Below are positions 28,738-37,491 of a stretch of 64,000 nt of DNA, in pieces. How positions within the stretch are numbered: position 1 is the stretch's first letter; every line of letters starts with the position of its first letter. This DNA comes from an uncultured Bacilli bacterium (GTDB lineage: Bacteria > Bacillota_I > Bacilli_A > RF39 > UBA660): NCBI GenBank assembly GCA_944371905.1, contig CALVYA010000007.1, positions 452 to 64,451 of the forward strand, read 5' to 3'. The notes beneath the pieces were generated by a model. It worked only from the letters and a program-made list of their open reading frames with translations, was not told the origin of the DNA and ran no database searches. The position numbers and the translations under genes were made by a program.

Positions 28738-28855
28738 AATTACCTCCTATATTTTTTGATTTTCTCTTGACCTAAAGTTAGGTTTATGTATTAAACTTAT
28801 CTTAACATCATGAACAATGATTGTCAATGAATGAAAGGAGACCTCTTATAGGGTA

Positions 28856-29368
28856 ATGAAGAAAATACTAATATTGGTTATAGTAATGATAGTTTTAGCC
28901 TGGTTTATTTTCTGTAAATCTTTTACTTTAAAAAATAAAGAGGATCAGAATAGTAATTTAGAAAATAATAATGTACTAAATAAGGATGAGGAAAGGGATA
29001 ACAACATGAATAAAGAAGAGATATGGAAAGTTAATATCATAATTAATGATACTACTTTTACAGCAACATTAATAGATAATGAAACTACTAGGGAGTTCAT
29101 GAATTTGTTACCACTCAACATAACGATGAATGAATTAAATGGTAATGAAAAGTATTACTATCTTGATAAATCTCTTCCTAATCATGCTACTGCAGTAGAA
29201 AAAATAAATACAGGAGATCTTATGTTATATGGAAGTGATTGCTTAGTATTATTTTATGATACTTTTCATACTAATTATTCTTATACTAGAATAGGTACTT
29301 TAGACGAACCTAATAATTTGAAAACTATAGTTAGCAATGGAAATATAAATATTTCTATTACGAAATAA
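28856..29368 (+). CDS. Cyclophilin-like-fold protein with N-terminal signal anchor
   Basis: FTATLIDNETTREFMNLLPLNITMNELNGNEKYYYL..GDLMLYGSDCLVLFY matches the family annotated as cyclophilin-like fold protein. N-terminal hydrophobic helix. Confidence 0.65.
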   Translation: MKKILILVIVMIVLAWFIFCKSFTLKNKEDQNSNLENNNVLNKDEERDNNMNKEEIWKVNIIINDTTFTATLIDNETTREFMNLLPLNITMNELNGNEKYYYLDKSLPNHATAVEKINTGDLMLYGSDCLVLFYDTFHTNYSYTRIGTLDEPNNLKTIVSNGNINISITK

Positions 29369-29642
29369 ATTATAAGAAAGGCGATATTATAAAAGAGGAA
29401 AAATTAAAATAATATAAAACGTAATGTTTTTGTTGTAGTTGCCATTGTATTTATAATTGTAATTGACAGTATTGGTACATATTTATTTACTAAAGAAGAG
29501 GAGGAAAAAAGAGATGAATCAAGATATTATAAATAATTTACAAAATAAAAAAGAGAAACGAGTATTTAATTTTGAAACGAACAAAAAATATAAATAGCCT
29601 TGGTTGTAAGGAAAAACACGATTGGTATTAAGGAGGAATCAT

Positions 29643-30308
29643 ATGAATAAGAAAGCAATATTTATAATTACTATGGTGATAGCAGTTGTAGTAATTGGTG
29701 TAGGAATATTTTTTGCTATAAATAATTCAAGTAATAATCAAAATAATAATATAGATCCTAATGAAAATATAAACAATGATAATAATTCTAATGACGAACA
29801 AAATAATAATCAAAATGATACTAATGACAATATAGGAAACAATAATAGTGTAGTATTATATTTTTCAGCAACAGGAAATACCAAGCGAATTGCTGAATAT
29901 ATTCAAGATATTACTAATAGTGATATTATTGAAATACTACCACAAGAAGAATATACTAGTGAGGATTTGGATTATAGTAACGATAATTGTAGAGCTAATA
30001 TAGAACAGAATGATGACAATGCAAGACCAGAAATTGCTAATCGTATAGATGTTAGTAATTATGATATTATTTATTTAGGATTTCCTATTTGGTGGGGAGA
30101 TGTACCAAAAATTATCTTAACTTTAATGGATACTTATGATTTTAGGGGTAAAACAGTGATTCTCTTTTGTACTTCTGGAGGAAGTGGTATCGAGCAAAGT
30201 TTGAATACTTTAAGAGATTATGAAGGAATTAACTTTGTTGAGGGCGAAAGATTTAGTTCTAGTACTTCAAAAGATGAAATCGAAGAATGGATTTGTTCCT
30301 TAAATTGA
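29643..30308 (+). CDS. Flavodoxin with N-terminal TM anchor and Asn-rich linker
   Basis: MNKK + TM helix, a ~45-aa N/D/Q-rich tract, then VVLYFSATGNTKRIAEYI..GFPIWWGDVPKII..FCTSGGSG. Paralog of 39328..39804. Confidence 0.8.
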   Translation: MNKKAIFIITMVIAVVVIGVGIFFAINNSSNNQNNNIDPNENINNDNNSNDEQNNNQNDTNDNIGNNNSVVLYFSATGNTKRIAEYIQDITNSDIIEILPQEEYTSEDLDYSNDNCRANIEQNDDNARPEIANRIDVSNYDIIYLGFPIWWGDVPKIILTLMDTYDFRGKTVILFCTSGGSGIEQSLNTLRDYEGINFVEGERFSSSTSKDEIEEWICSLN

Positions 30309-30489
30309 GAATAAATACTATTGAAAACTAGAGTAATCTAGTTTTTCCTTTTAAATTGTGGTATAATTTGTATGAAATTTTAAAGACAATGTTATGAAAA
30401 ATAAAAATATGATTGAGCACTAACTTTGTAAGTTGATTATTAATGATTATTTTTTGGTATTCATTATTATGAGGTAGGAGATAATAAAT

Positions 30490-30795
30490 ATGGAATATAT
30501 AGCTATGATAGGATTAGGATTATGTTTTATTGCGTTGGGGATCTATAATATCAAAGGTAATATTTCTTCAATTCACTGGTATAATCGTACAAGAGTTACT
30601 ATGGATAATGCTAAAAAATATGCAAAATTGATTGGAATAGGAACAGTAGTGATTGGTAGTAGTATGATAGTAACAGAAGTATTAAAATTAATTTTTGATA
30701 TAGAAGAGATAACGTACCTTTTGATATTGGGAGTAGTAGTTGGATTAATTTTTATATTATATGCACAGATAAAATATAATAAAGGTTTATTTTAG
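30490..30795 (+). CDS. Small 3-TM membrane protein (DUF3784-like)
   Basis: Hydrophobic profile, with the SSIHWYNRTRV motif between TM1 and TM2. Confidence 0.5.
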   Translation: MEYIAMIGLGLCFIALGIYNIKGNISSIHWYNRTRVTMDNAKKYAKLIGIGTVVIGSSMIVTEVLKLIFDIEEITYLLILGVVVGLIFILYAQIKYNKGLF

Positions 30796-30815
30796 AAGTA
30801 AGGAGAAAAGAAAAA

Positions 30816-31013
30816 ATGAATGAAAAAAAGAATAAAGATAAGGAAGAAGAGAATTATTTAGCACTTGGATTATCATTAGGAATGTGTTTTGGTGCATCCT
30901 TAGGAACGATAGTAGGAATTTTTTTGGATAATATTCCTCTTTGTATATGTTTTGGTATTAGTATTGGAATGATGCTAGGTTTAGTAATAGGTACAACTAT
31001 TAAAAAGAAGTAG
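30816..31013 (+). CDS. Small Gly-rich 2-TM membrane protein
   Basis: 65 aa. LGLSLGMCFGASLGTIVG and FGISIGMMLGLVIG are glycine-zipper helices. Confidence 0.5.
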   Translation: MNEKKNKDKEEENYLALGLSLGMCFGASLGTIVGIFLDNIPLCICFGISIGMMLGLVIGTTIKKK

Positions 31014-31214
31014 AAGAATATCAAATTCATGAGTTAGACTCAATGTTTGCAGGAAAAGATATTTTATATTACGAATAGAAAAGAGAACTAATAGTATATT
31101 AAAAAAACTGAACATATTGAACTAGAAGATACAACCAATTATGGTAGGTAAACCAACAGTCGGTTGTTTTTTTTCTTTTATTGGGGTACATTAAATAGGT
31201 AGAAAGGAGTTTTT

Positions 31215-32102
31215 ATGGATCCAAAAAAGACAGGAAATTTAATTTCCAAGGCCAGGGGCGAAAAAGGATTGACGCAAAAAGAATTAGCTAGTAAATTACA
31301 CATTACAGATAAAGCGGTTTCTAAATGGGAACGAGGGATTAGTCTACCTGATATTTCATTATTTATCCCTATCTCTGAATTGTTAGGTATTAGTCTTTAT
31401 GAACTATTAGGAGGTACATCTAAAAATGATAAACTTGGTCAAAAAGATGTAGATGATATGATTAAAAAAACTATAAAAAAAGGAAAAGAAGATAATAGAT
31501 GGAAACATATTATAAAAAATATAGTGATTGGTATCTTATCTTTTCTTATCTTTGTATTCATGGTATTATTTCTATTAGATTTTACAAATCTTGAAAACTA
31601 TTTTGATCCTTATCGCCCTGAAAAGATAAAAATAAGTGATTATGATCAATACAATATAGTTATTACTAATAAATATTTATTAAATGAAGATAATGCATTA
31701 TGTAATTATGAAAATAAAAATTGTATTGGCCAATTAATTTCAGCTTTGCCTTTAAGCAAGGAAACAAGACCCATGGCCAATGAGCAATTAGATACCCTTA
31801 TATATACTTATAGTATATCGGAGCAAGATTATAATAAAATGTTTTATGATAAAAACTATGTTAAAAAAGGGATGATTGTTACTTCATTAAAAGAATTTAT
31901 TATTATGAAAGAATTAGATGCTTTGGAGTTTAATTTTACAGATAAACTCTATAAAATTCATCGAGACGATGTTATTTACTTTTTTAAGGAGAAAAAGATA
32001 TCATTTAATGATTTAACGAAAGAAGAAGTTTGGACTAGACATGTAATTGAAAAATTAAACGATCAAGAATTTAGAGATTCATTTCCTATTATTGAAAATT
32101 AA
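31215..32102 (+). CDS. XRE-family HTH regulator, membrane-tethered with an extracytoplasmic domain
   Basis: ARGEKGLTQKELASKLHITDKAVSKWERG, a TM at about aa 100, and ~170 aa beyond it. Confidence 0.8.
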   Translation: MDPKKTGNLISKARGEKGLTQKELASKLHITDKAVSKWERGISLPDISLFIPISELLGISLYELLGGTSKNDKLGQKDVDDMIKKTIKKGKEDNRWKHIIKNIVIGILSFLIFVFMVLFLLDFTNLENYFDPYRPEKIKISDYDQYNIVITNKYLLNEDNALCNYENKNCIGQLISALPLSKETRPMANEQLDTLIYTYSISEQDYNKMFYDKNYVKKGMIVTSLKEFIIMKELDALEFNFTDKLYKIHRDDVIYFFKEKKISFNDLTKEEVWTRHVIEKLNDQEFRDSFPIIEN

Positions 32103-32189
32103 AAGTACTAAATTATATTGCTTTATAAAATAGATCTTTATTTTAATGAAGATTTATTTTTTTATAGTATAATAGTAATTGGTGATAGT

Positions 32190-32756
32190 ATGAGTGAATT
32201 GAATAAAATGATTCGTGGTCAATTATATAATCCTAAAGATTTAAAATTAATTTATTTACGAGATAAAGCGACTCGATTGCTCTATAAATATAATCATAGT
32301 TGTTTTCATGAATATGATATGAAAAACAAATGGTTAAAAAAACTTTTAAATACCAAAGGTAATTTTTGGATAAAACCTCCTTTTTACTGTGATTATGGAT
32401 TTAATATTACCATTGGAAAAGAAGTTATGATAAATTATAATTGTACTTTATTAGATGTTTGTCCTATTATCATAGGTGATTATACGTTAATTGGTCCTAA
32501 TACTGGTATCTATACAGCAACGCATCCTATAGATCCTAAGGCAAGATTAAAAAAAGAATTTGGTAAACCAATTACTATCGGAAAGCATGTTTGGATTGGG
32601 GGAAGTTGTGTTATTTTGCCAGGAGTAACGATAGGGGATAATTCTGTTATAGGTGCTGGTAGCACTGTAGTTCATGATATACCTAGTAATGTAGTTGCTG
32701 TTGGTAATCCGTGTAAAGTGATAAAAGAAATAAATAATGAAAAGAGATCATTATGA
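32190..32756 (+). CDS. Maltose/galactoside O-acetyltransferase (left-handed beta-helix)
   Basis: MIRGQLYNP, hexapeptide repeats, IGKHVWIGGSCVILPGVTIGDNSVIGAGS, and VAVGNPCKVI. Confidence 0.85.
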   Translation: MSELNKMIRGQLYNPKDLKLIYLRDKATRLLYKYNHSCFHEYDMKNKWLKKLLNTKGNFWIKPPFYCDYGFNITIGKEVMINYNCTLLDVCPIIIGDYTLIGPNTGIYTATHPIDPKARLKKEFGKPITIGKHVWIGGSCVILPGVTIGDNSVIGAGSTVVHDIPSNVVAVGNPCKVIKEINNEKRSL

Positions 32757-32977
32757 AAAAAATCTTTATTAAGAGTGGAATTAGTTTGATTATATTAGGA
32801 GAAATTTTATATTTACTTCTTAAATATTTTATAGAAGAAGGAACCAGCGATTTTAGTAATTTTACGCAAGGAGTATTACTGGGAATTTCTGTTGGTATCA
32901 AGTTAATAGGAGTAATTTTGATTTTGGTTTATCTTATTAAAGATAGAAAATCTCTAAAGAAAAAGAAAAAAAATTAA
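32753..32977 (+). CDS. Small 2-TM membrane protein (paralog of 21175..21372)
   Basis: The ATGA overlaps the upstream stop. The sequence aligns with 21175..21372 over its full length. Confidence 0.6.
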   Translation: MKKIFIKSGISLIILGEILYLLLKYFIEEGTSDFSNFTQGVLLGISVGIKLIGVILILVYLIKDRKSLKKKKKN

Positions 32978-33124
32978 TTTTAATATTTATATTAGTTATT
33001 ATCATATTTTGGATTAAACTATGATAGAAAAAGAAGTAAATCGATGCATTAAAAATTGCTATTATTGTTTTTTAATATTATAATGATAGTAGAATATAGT
33101 TCATAAAAAGAAGGAAGTGATAAG

Positions 33125-33802
33125 ATGAAAAAATATGGAAGTATTCTTTTAGGAAGTGTTCTAATTTTAGTGGGGATTATTTTTGGATTAAATGCTTTAG
33201 ATATTACTGATATTAATATTTTTTTTGATGGATGGTGGACGTTCTTTATTATTATACCTTGCTTGATAGGAGTTTTTAATGACCGTGATATTACGGGTGA
33301 TATAATAGGATTGGGTATAGGAATTGTATTATTTCTTGCTTGTCAAGGGATTCTATCATTTGAAATTATTTGGAAGTTAATGGTACCAGTTATTTTGGTT
33401 CTCCTAGGATTAGTTATTATTTTTAAGGATGCATTACAAGGTAAAACAAGAAAAGAAATGAGTAAAGTTGAAAAGAAGGATGTAAAGACTTATAGTGCTA
33501 CTTTTGGTAGTCAGCGACTTAATTTTGATCATGAGGAGTTTAAGGGGTGTGAATTATCTGCTGTATTTGGTGAAATAATTTGTGATTTAAGAGAATCTAA
33601 AATATCTAGCGATGTAGTAATTAATGTTAGTTGTATTTTTGGGGGAATTGACATTTTATTACCTAAAGATATGAAAGTTAAAGTAACTTCTACTCCAGTT
33701 TTTGGCGGAATTAATAATAAATATATCAATTCTAAAAAAGAAAAGGTTAAAACGATTTATATTAATGCAACTTGTATATTTGGGGGAGTTGACATTAAGT
33801 GA
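33125..33802 (+). CDS. LiaF-like cell-envelope stress protein (TM domain plus DUF2154-like domain)
   Basis: N-terminal 4-TM block (GWWTFFIIIPCLIG). C-terminal beta-repeat block SAVFGEIICDLRES..IFGGIDILLP..IFGGVDIK. Confidence 0.65.
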   Translation: MKKYGSILLGSVLILVGIIFGLNALDITDINIFFDGWWTFFIIIPCLIGVFNDRDITGDIIGLGIGIVLFLACQGILSFEIIWKLMVPVILVLLGLVIIFKDALQGKTRKEMSKVEKKDVKTYSATFGSQRLNFDHEEFKGCELSAVFGEIICDLRESKISSDVVINVSCIFGGIDILLPKDMKVKVTSTPVFGGINNKYINSKKEKVKTIYINATCIFGGVDIK

Positions 33803-34623
33803 TAAACTTTCACAAAATAATTAAGTATTGTGCTTTAGCCTTTGCTTTTTTTCTTGTGTTTGGAATTTTATCTGGAATTATGTATTTGATGATGTCCTTA
33901 GGAAATGCCTTTTCTAAGGATTCTAATCCTAGTGATAGGTTAGAAGAGTTAAATATCAATGGTACTGCAAAAGTAATCAATATAAATATTAATCACTCTA
34001 ATTTAATAATAAAAACAGGTGAACTGTTCAAAGTAATGACTAACAATGAAGATATTGTCATAAGAGAAGAAGAGAATGGACTTTTTATTGAAGAAGAAAA
34101 TAATCGTTGGTTGTCTTTTGGTAAGAATGAAGATAATTTAGTTATTTATGTTCCTAATGATTTAATTTTAGATGAAATAGTGATTGATACTGGCACTGGT
34201 AAAATAGAAATAGATAAATTATCCACCCAAAAATTATATTTGGATTTAGGATCAGGAAACCTTGTAGCAAATCAACTAGAAGTGCTAGAGAAGAGTGAAA
34301 TTGATGGTGGAGTTGGAGAAATAGAAGTAAAACAGGGATTACTTTATAATCTTGATTTGGATATGGGAGTAGGAAATGCAACTTTAAATTCTTATTTATT
34401 AGGAAAGAGTGATATTAGTGTAGGAGTTGGTTCTATAAACTTAAATTTAATGGGGAATAAAGATGAATATAATATAACCGTAGATAAGGAAATAGGTTCG
34501 GTTAAAATGGAAGGTACTGAAATTCGTTCTAATACTCACTATGGTAATGGCTCTAATTTGATTCAGATTGATGGTGGTATAGGAAATATAGATATTGATT
34601 TTAAAGGTGGATTTTATGAGTAA
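33799..34623 (+). CDS. DUF4097-like beta-helix (putative adhesin fold) protein, membrane-anchored
   Basis: GTGA overlaps the upstream gene. One TM. Repeated G.G.I. strands (TGTGKIEIDKL, LGSGNLVANQL, GGVGEIEVKQG, MGVGNATLNS, VGVGSINLNL, GGIGNIDIDF). Confidence 0.6.
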   Translation: MINFHKIIKYCALAFAFFLVFGILSGIMYLMMSLGNAFSKDSNPSDRLEELNINGTAKVINININHSNLIIKTGELFKVMTNNEDIVIREEENGLFIEEENNRWLSFGKNEDNLVIYVPNDLILDEIVIDTGTGKIEIDKLSTQKLYLDLGSGNLVANQLEVLEKSEIDGGVGEIEVKQGLLYNLDLDMGVGNATLNSYLLGKSDISVGVGSINLNLMGNKDEYNITVDKEIGSVKMEGTEIRSNTHYGNGSNLIQIDGGIGNIDIDFKGGFYE

Positions 34624-35490
34624 GGATATTCTTGTAGTTAAAAAGTTAACTAAATATTATGGAGCAACGAAAGGGGTAGAGAATTTATCTTTTTCTTTAC
34701 AAGAAGGTGAGATATTAGGTTTTATCGGTCCTAATGGAGCGGGAAAGTCGACTACTATTCGCTCTATTATGAATTTAGTTAATAAAACAAAAGGTGAAGT
34801 TTTGGTATATAATCGTCCTTTGACCAAAGATAATGTAAAATTAAAAGCTATAATAGGGTATTTACCAAGTGAAATTCATTTATATGAAGATTTATTAGTA
34901 AAAGAAATGTTGGATTATCATGAAAGTTTTTTTACTAAAGATATCCATAAAAGAAGAGAAGAATTGGTGCAACGTTTAAAATAGATGAGACTAAAAAAAT
35001 AGGAGATTTATCATTAGGAAATTTAAAAAAGGTGGGAATTGTTTTAGCTTTTATGCATGAGCCTAAAATTATTATTTTGGATGAACCAACAAGCGGATTA
35101 GATCCTATGATGCAAAATGTTTTTTATGAATTAATGAAAGAAGAAAAAAAGAAAGGGACTAGTATCTTTTATTCTACTCATATTTTAAGTGAAGTATCTA
35201 AAGTCTGTGATCGTGTAGGAATTCTTAAAGATGGGAATTTATTAAAAATAGAAGATGTAAAAGAGTTATCAAATAAAAATTTAACATTGGTAACTATTGT
35301 TTCTAATGAAATAGATAGAATAGTACAGCAATTAGCTATTGATGTTCTGCTTCAAGAAAAAGATAGGATTCAATTTAAAAATACGATGACACCAAATGAA
35401 TTGTTAAGAAAATTATCTAAGTATAATATAGATAAAATATTGATAGAAGAAGCTAGTTTAGAAGATATTTTTTTACATTATTATGAATAG
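34616..35490 (+). pseudogene. ABC transporter ATP-binding protein interrupted by a frame change at 34975-34984
   Basis: The N-terminal half (Walker A GPNGAGKST) ends at TAG 34982-34984. The signature (LSLGNLKK) and Walker B (IIILDEPTSGLD) continue in the -1 frame from 34981 with no lost residues. Confidence 0.8.
34975..34984 (+). other. Slippery heptamer U_UUA_AAA followed by UAG at the frame junction
   Basis: The zero-frame reads cgT TTA AAA TAG. The -1 frame reads ata gat gag.. and encodes the expected continuation IDETKKIGDLSLG. Confidence 0.6.
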
Positions 35491-35501
35491 GAGTAAGGCT
35501 T

Positions 35502-36293
35502 ATGTTGCAAAGAGAATTGAAAATTAATTTTAAAAATTTTGTTATATGGTTGTCTATTTTAATAGGTATCTTTTTGATTGTCTATTGTATTTATCCTATG
35601 ATTATTCAAGGTGATAACATAAAGGAAATCGATAATTTGATGAAGTTATTTCCTCAAGAAGTATTAATGGCTTTTAATATGGATATTACTTCTTTAAATA
35701 GTGTTTTTGGTTGGATAAAATCAGAAGGTTTTATCTTTGCTCTTTTAATTATTGCATCTTATGCTGGTATTATGGGTTCTAATATTTTGCTGAAAGAGGA
35801 AAATGACAAAACAATAGAATATTTAATCAGTTTACCTGTTACTAGAAGAAAAATAGTAATAAGTAAAATTGTGTGTGGCTGGTTGTATCTTATTTTTATG
35901 GTATTGGTTTTTGCTACTTTTAATTATATTGGATTATCTCTTAGCGGAACCTTTGATATAAAAGAATTTATTCTTTTAAGTATTACTCCTTTCTTTTCTT
36001 CTTTGGTTATTTTTTCTTTCTGTATGTTCTTATCTACGTTTACTAATAAAACTAAAAAAATGATAGGGATTAGTTTAGGGGTAGTTTTTGTTAGTTATAT
36101 GTTACAGGTATTATCAACCTTAAGTAATCAAGTAGAATTTTTAAAATATATATCTGTTTTTACTTTATCAGATATTCGAAATGTAATATTAAATATAGAA
36201 ATAAATCCAAGTTTAGTTATTGTTAGTTTTCTTTTAACTTTCCTATTTAGCATTATGACTATAGTTAGATATGATAGTAAAGAATTAGTGTAA
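35502..36293 (+). CDS. ABC-2 type transporter permease
   Basis: A 6-TM profile, adjacent to the ATPase. Confidence 0.7.
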   Translation: MLQRELKINFKNFVIWLSILIGIFLIVYCIYPMIIQGDNIKEIDNLMKLFPQEVLMAFNMDITSLNSVFGWIKSEGFIFALLIIASYAGIMGSNILLKEENDKTIEYLISLPVTRRKIVISKIVCGWLYLIFMVLVFATFNYIGLSLSGTFDIKEFILLSITPFFSSLVIFSFCMFLSTFTNKTKKMIGISLGVVFVSYMLQVLSTLSNQVEFLKYISVFTLSDIRNVILNIEINPSLVIVSFLLTFLFSIMTIVRYDSKELV

Positions 36294-36313
36294 GATATTA
36301 TCTAGGAGGTACT

Positions 36314-36829
36314 ATGAAAAAGAGAATATTCATTATTAGTTTGCTAGTAATTGTGATAGTGACTTTATTAGGTATATTTTTATGGCATTATTCTAATGAT
36401 CAGACTTCCAATAAAATTTATTCTTCGGAAGAGTTGCAAGTAGTTTCTAAAAATCAAGATTATGTAATTGCAGTCAATAATAATAGATATGCTATTTTTA
36501 TTAAAGATGAGAATGGGTATAAGAAAGTAAAAAGAATATCTAAAGGAAAGGAATTAACTAAAGATAATATATGCTGGTTAAATGATCGGGTTTATATTTT
36601 TTCTTCTGATTATGCTAGTTTTTACAGGCTGAATAATACATATGAAGAAGTGGTGTCCACTACTTTATTATTTGATAAAAAACCAATGGTGTTCGAACGA
36701 ATTTTAGGAATTGAGGATGGATGGATTTATTATAACTTTGTTTATGAGAAAAGTAGTTATACAGGTAAAATAGATTTTGATTTAAAAAAGGTATCGATTA
36801 TTGAAAAAGATGGAATTGCTGTGGACTAA
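36314..36829 (+). CDS. Membrane-anchored protein, unknown function
   Basis: RBS aggagg. N-terminal TM. No family recognised. Confidence 0.45.
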   Translation: MKKRIFIISLLVIVIVTLLGIFLWHYSNDQTSNKIYSSEELQVVSKNQDYVIAVNNNRYAIFIKDENGYKKVKRISKGKELTKDNICWLNDRVYIFSSDYASFYRLNNTYEEVVSTTLLFDKKPMVFERILGIEDGWIYYNFVYEKSSYTGKIDFDLKKVSIIEKDGIAVD

Positions 36830-36930
36830 GAAAATATGAAAAAATATTTTCTTTTTTCTTGACTTATACTTAACTTTAGGTTGTATATTTAATATATAGA
36901 AATATATGACAATAGAAAGGAACTATCAAA

Positions 36931-37470
36931 ATGGATAATATATATGACTTTTATAGTTCAATTTTAAATATAGATAATAAAGAGGATCGTATGACTTTAA
37001 ATCTTATAAAAACTATTACAAAAGAAGAAATGGATAAAATATTGACAATATCTTCTGATACTGATGGTTATTGTAAAATTTTAGCTAGTCAAATTGGCAA
37101 TCGACTGAATGAATATGGCATTCATCATTATTGGATCGATCTAGAAGATTTAGTAAAAGTGGATCATACTGTATTAATTGCAGAATATAAAACAGGAAAT
37201 ACGATCAAAAGATATTTAATTGATCCTAGTTTTTCTCAATTTAATAAAAGAGAAAGTCACTATCTTTTAAGTCTTTCTCAATGGCCAAGTGAAAAAATAA
37301 AGGATCAAGGTATGGTGCGAGATTTATTACAGGAAGGCATAACTTTAATCGATGATGTTAGATGGACAGATTATCTTCAAGCATTTACTAATCAAAAAAT
37401 AAATGTTAATTTAGCGGAATGCTTATTAGATAATAGTTTAAGATATATATCAAGTAAAAATAAAAAGTAG
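36931..37470 (+). CDS. Cytoplasmic protein with transglutaminase/papain-like Cys-His-Asp arrangement (tentative)
   Basis: GYCKILASQIGNRLNEYGI..VDHTVLIAEY..YLIDPSF has the same order and spacing as the core of 2267..3175. Confidence 0.35.
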   Translation: MDNIYDFYSSILNIDNKEDRMTLNLIKTITKEEMDKILTISSDTDGYCKILASQIGNRLNEYGIHHYWIDLEDLVKVDHTVLIAEYKTGNTIKRYLIDPSFSQFNKRESHYLLSLSQWPSEKIKDQGMVRDLLQEGITLIDDVRWTDYLQAFTNQKINVNLAECLLDNSLRYISSKNKK

Positions 37471-37491
37471 TTTTTGAAAGGAAGAGTTAGT

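Noticed and set aside
29390-29640. Possible small gene between the cyclophilin-like and flavodoxin genes. It shows a TM-like stretch NVFVVVAIVFIIVIDSIGTYLF and a following MNQDIINNLQNKKEKRVFNFETNKKYK.
   Set aside because: The pieces are in different frames, with stops between them and no convincing start. It is probably a decayed remnant and too uncertain to call as a pseudogene.
29730-29860. Asn/Asp/Gln-rich tract (aat/gat-rich DNA) as a possible microsatellite or contingency repeat.
   Set aside because: It is an irregular low-complexity coding linker without a fixed repeat unit.
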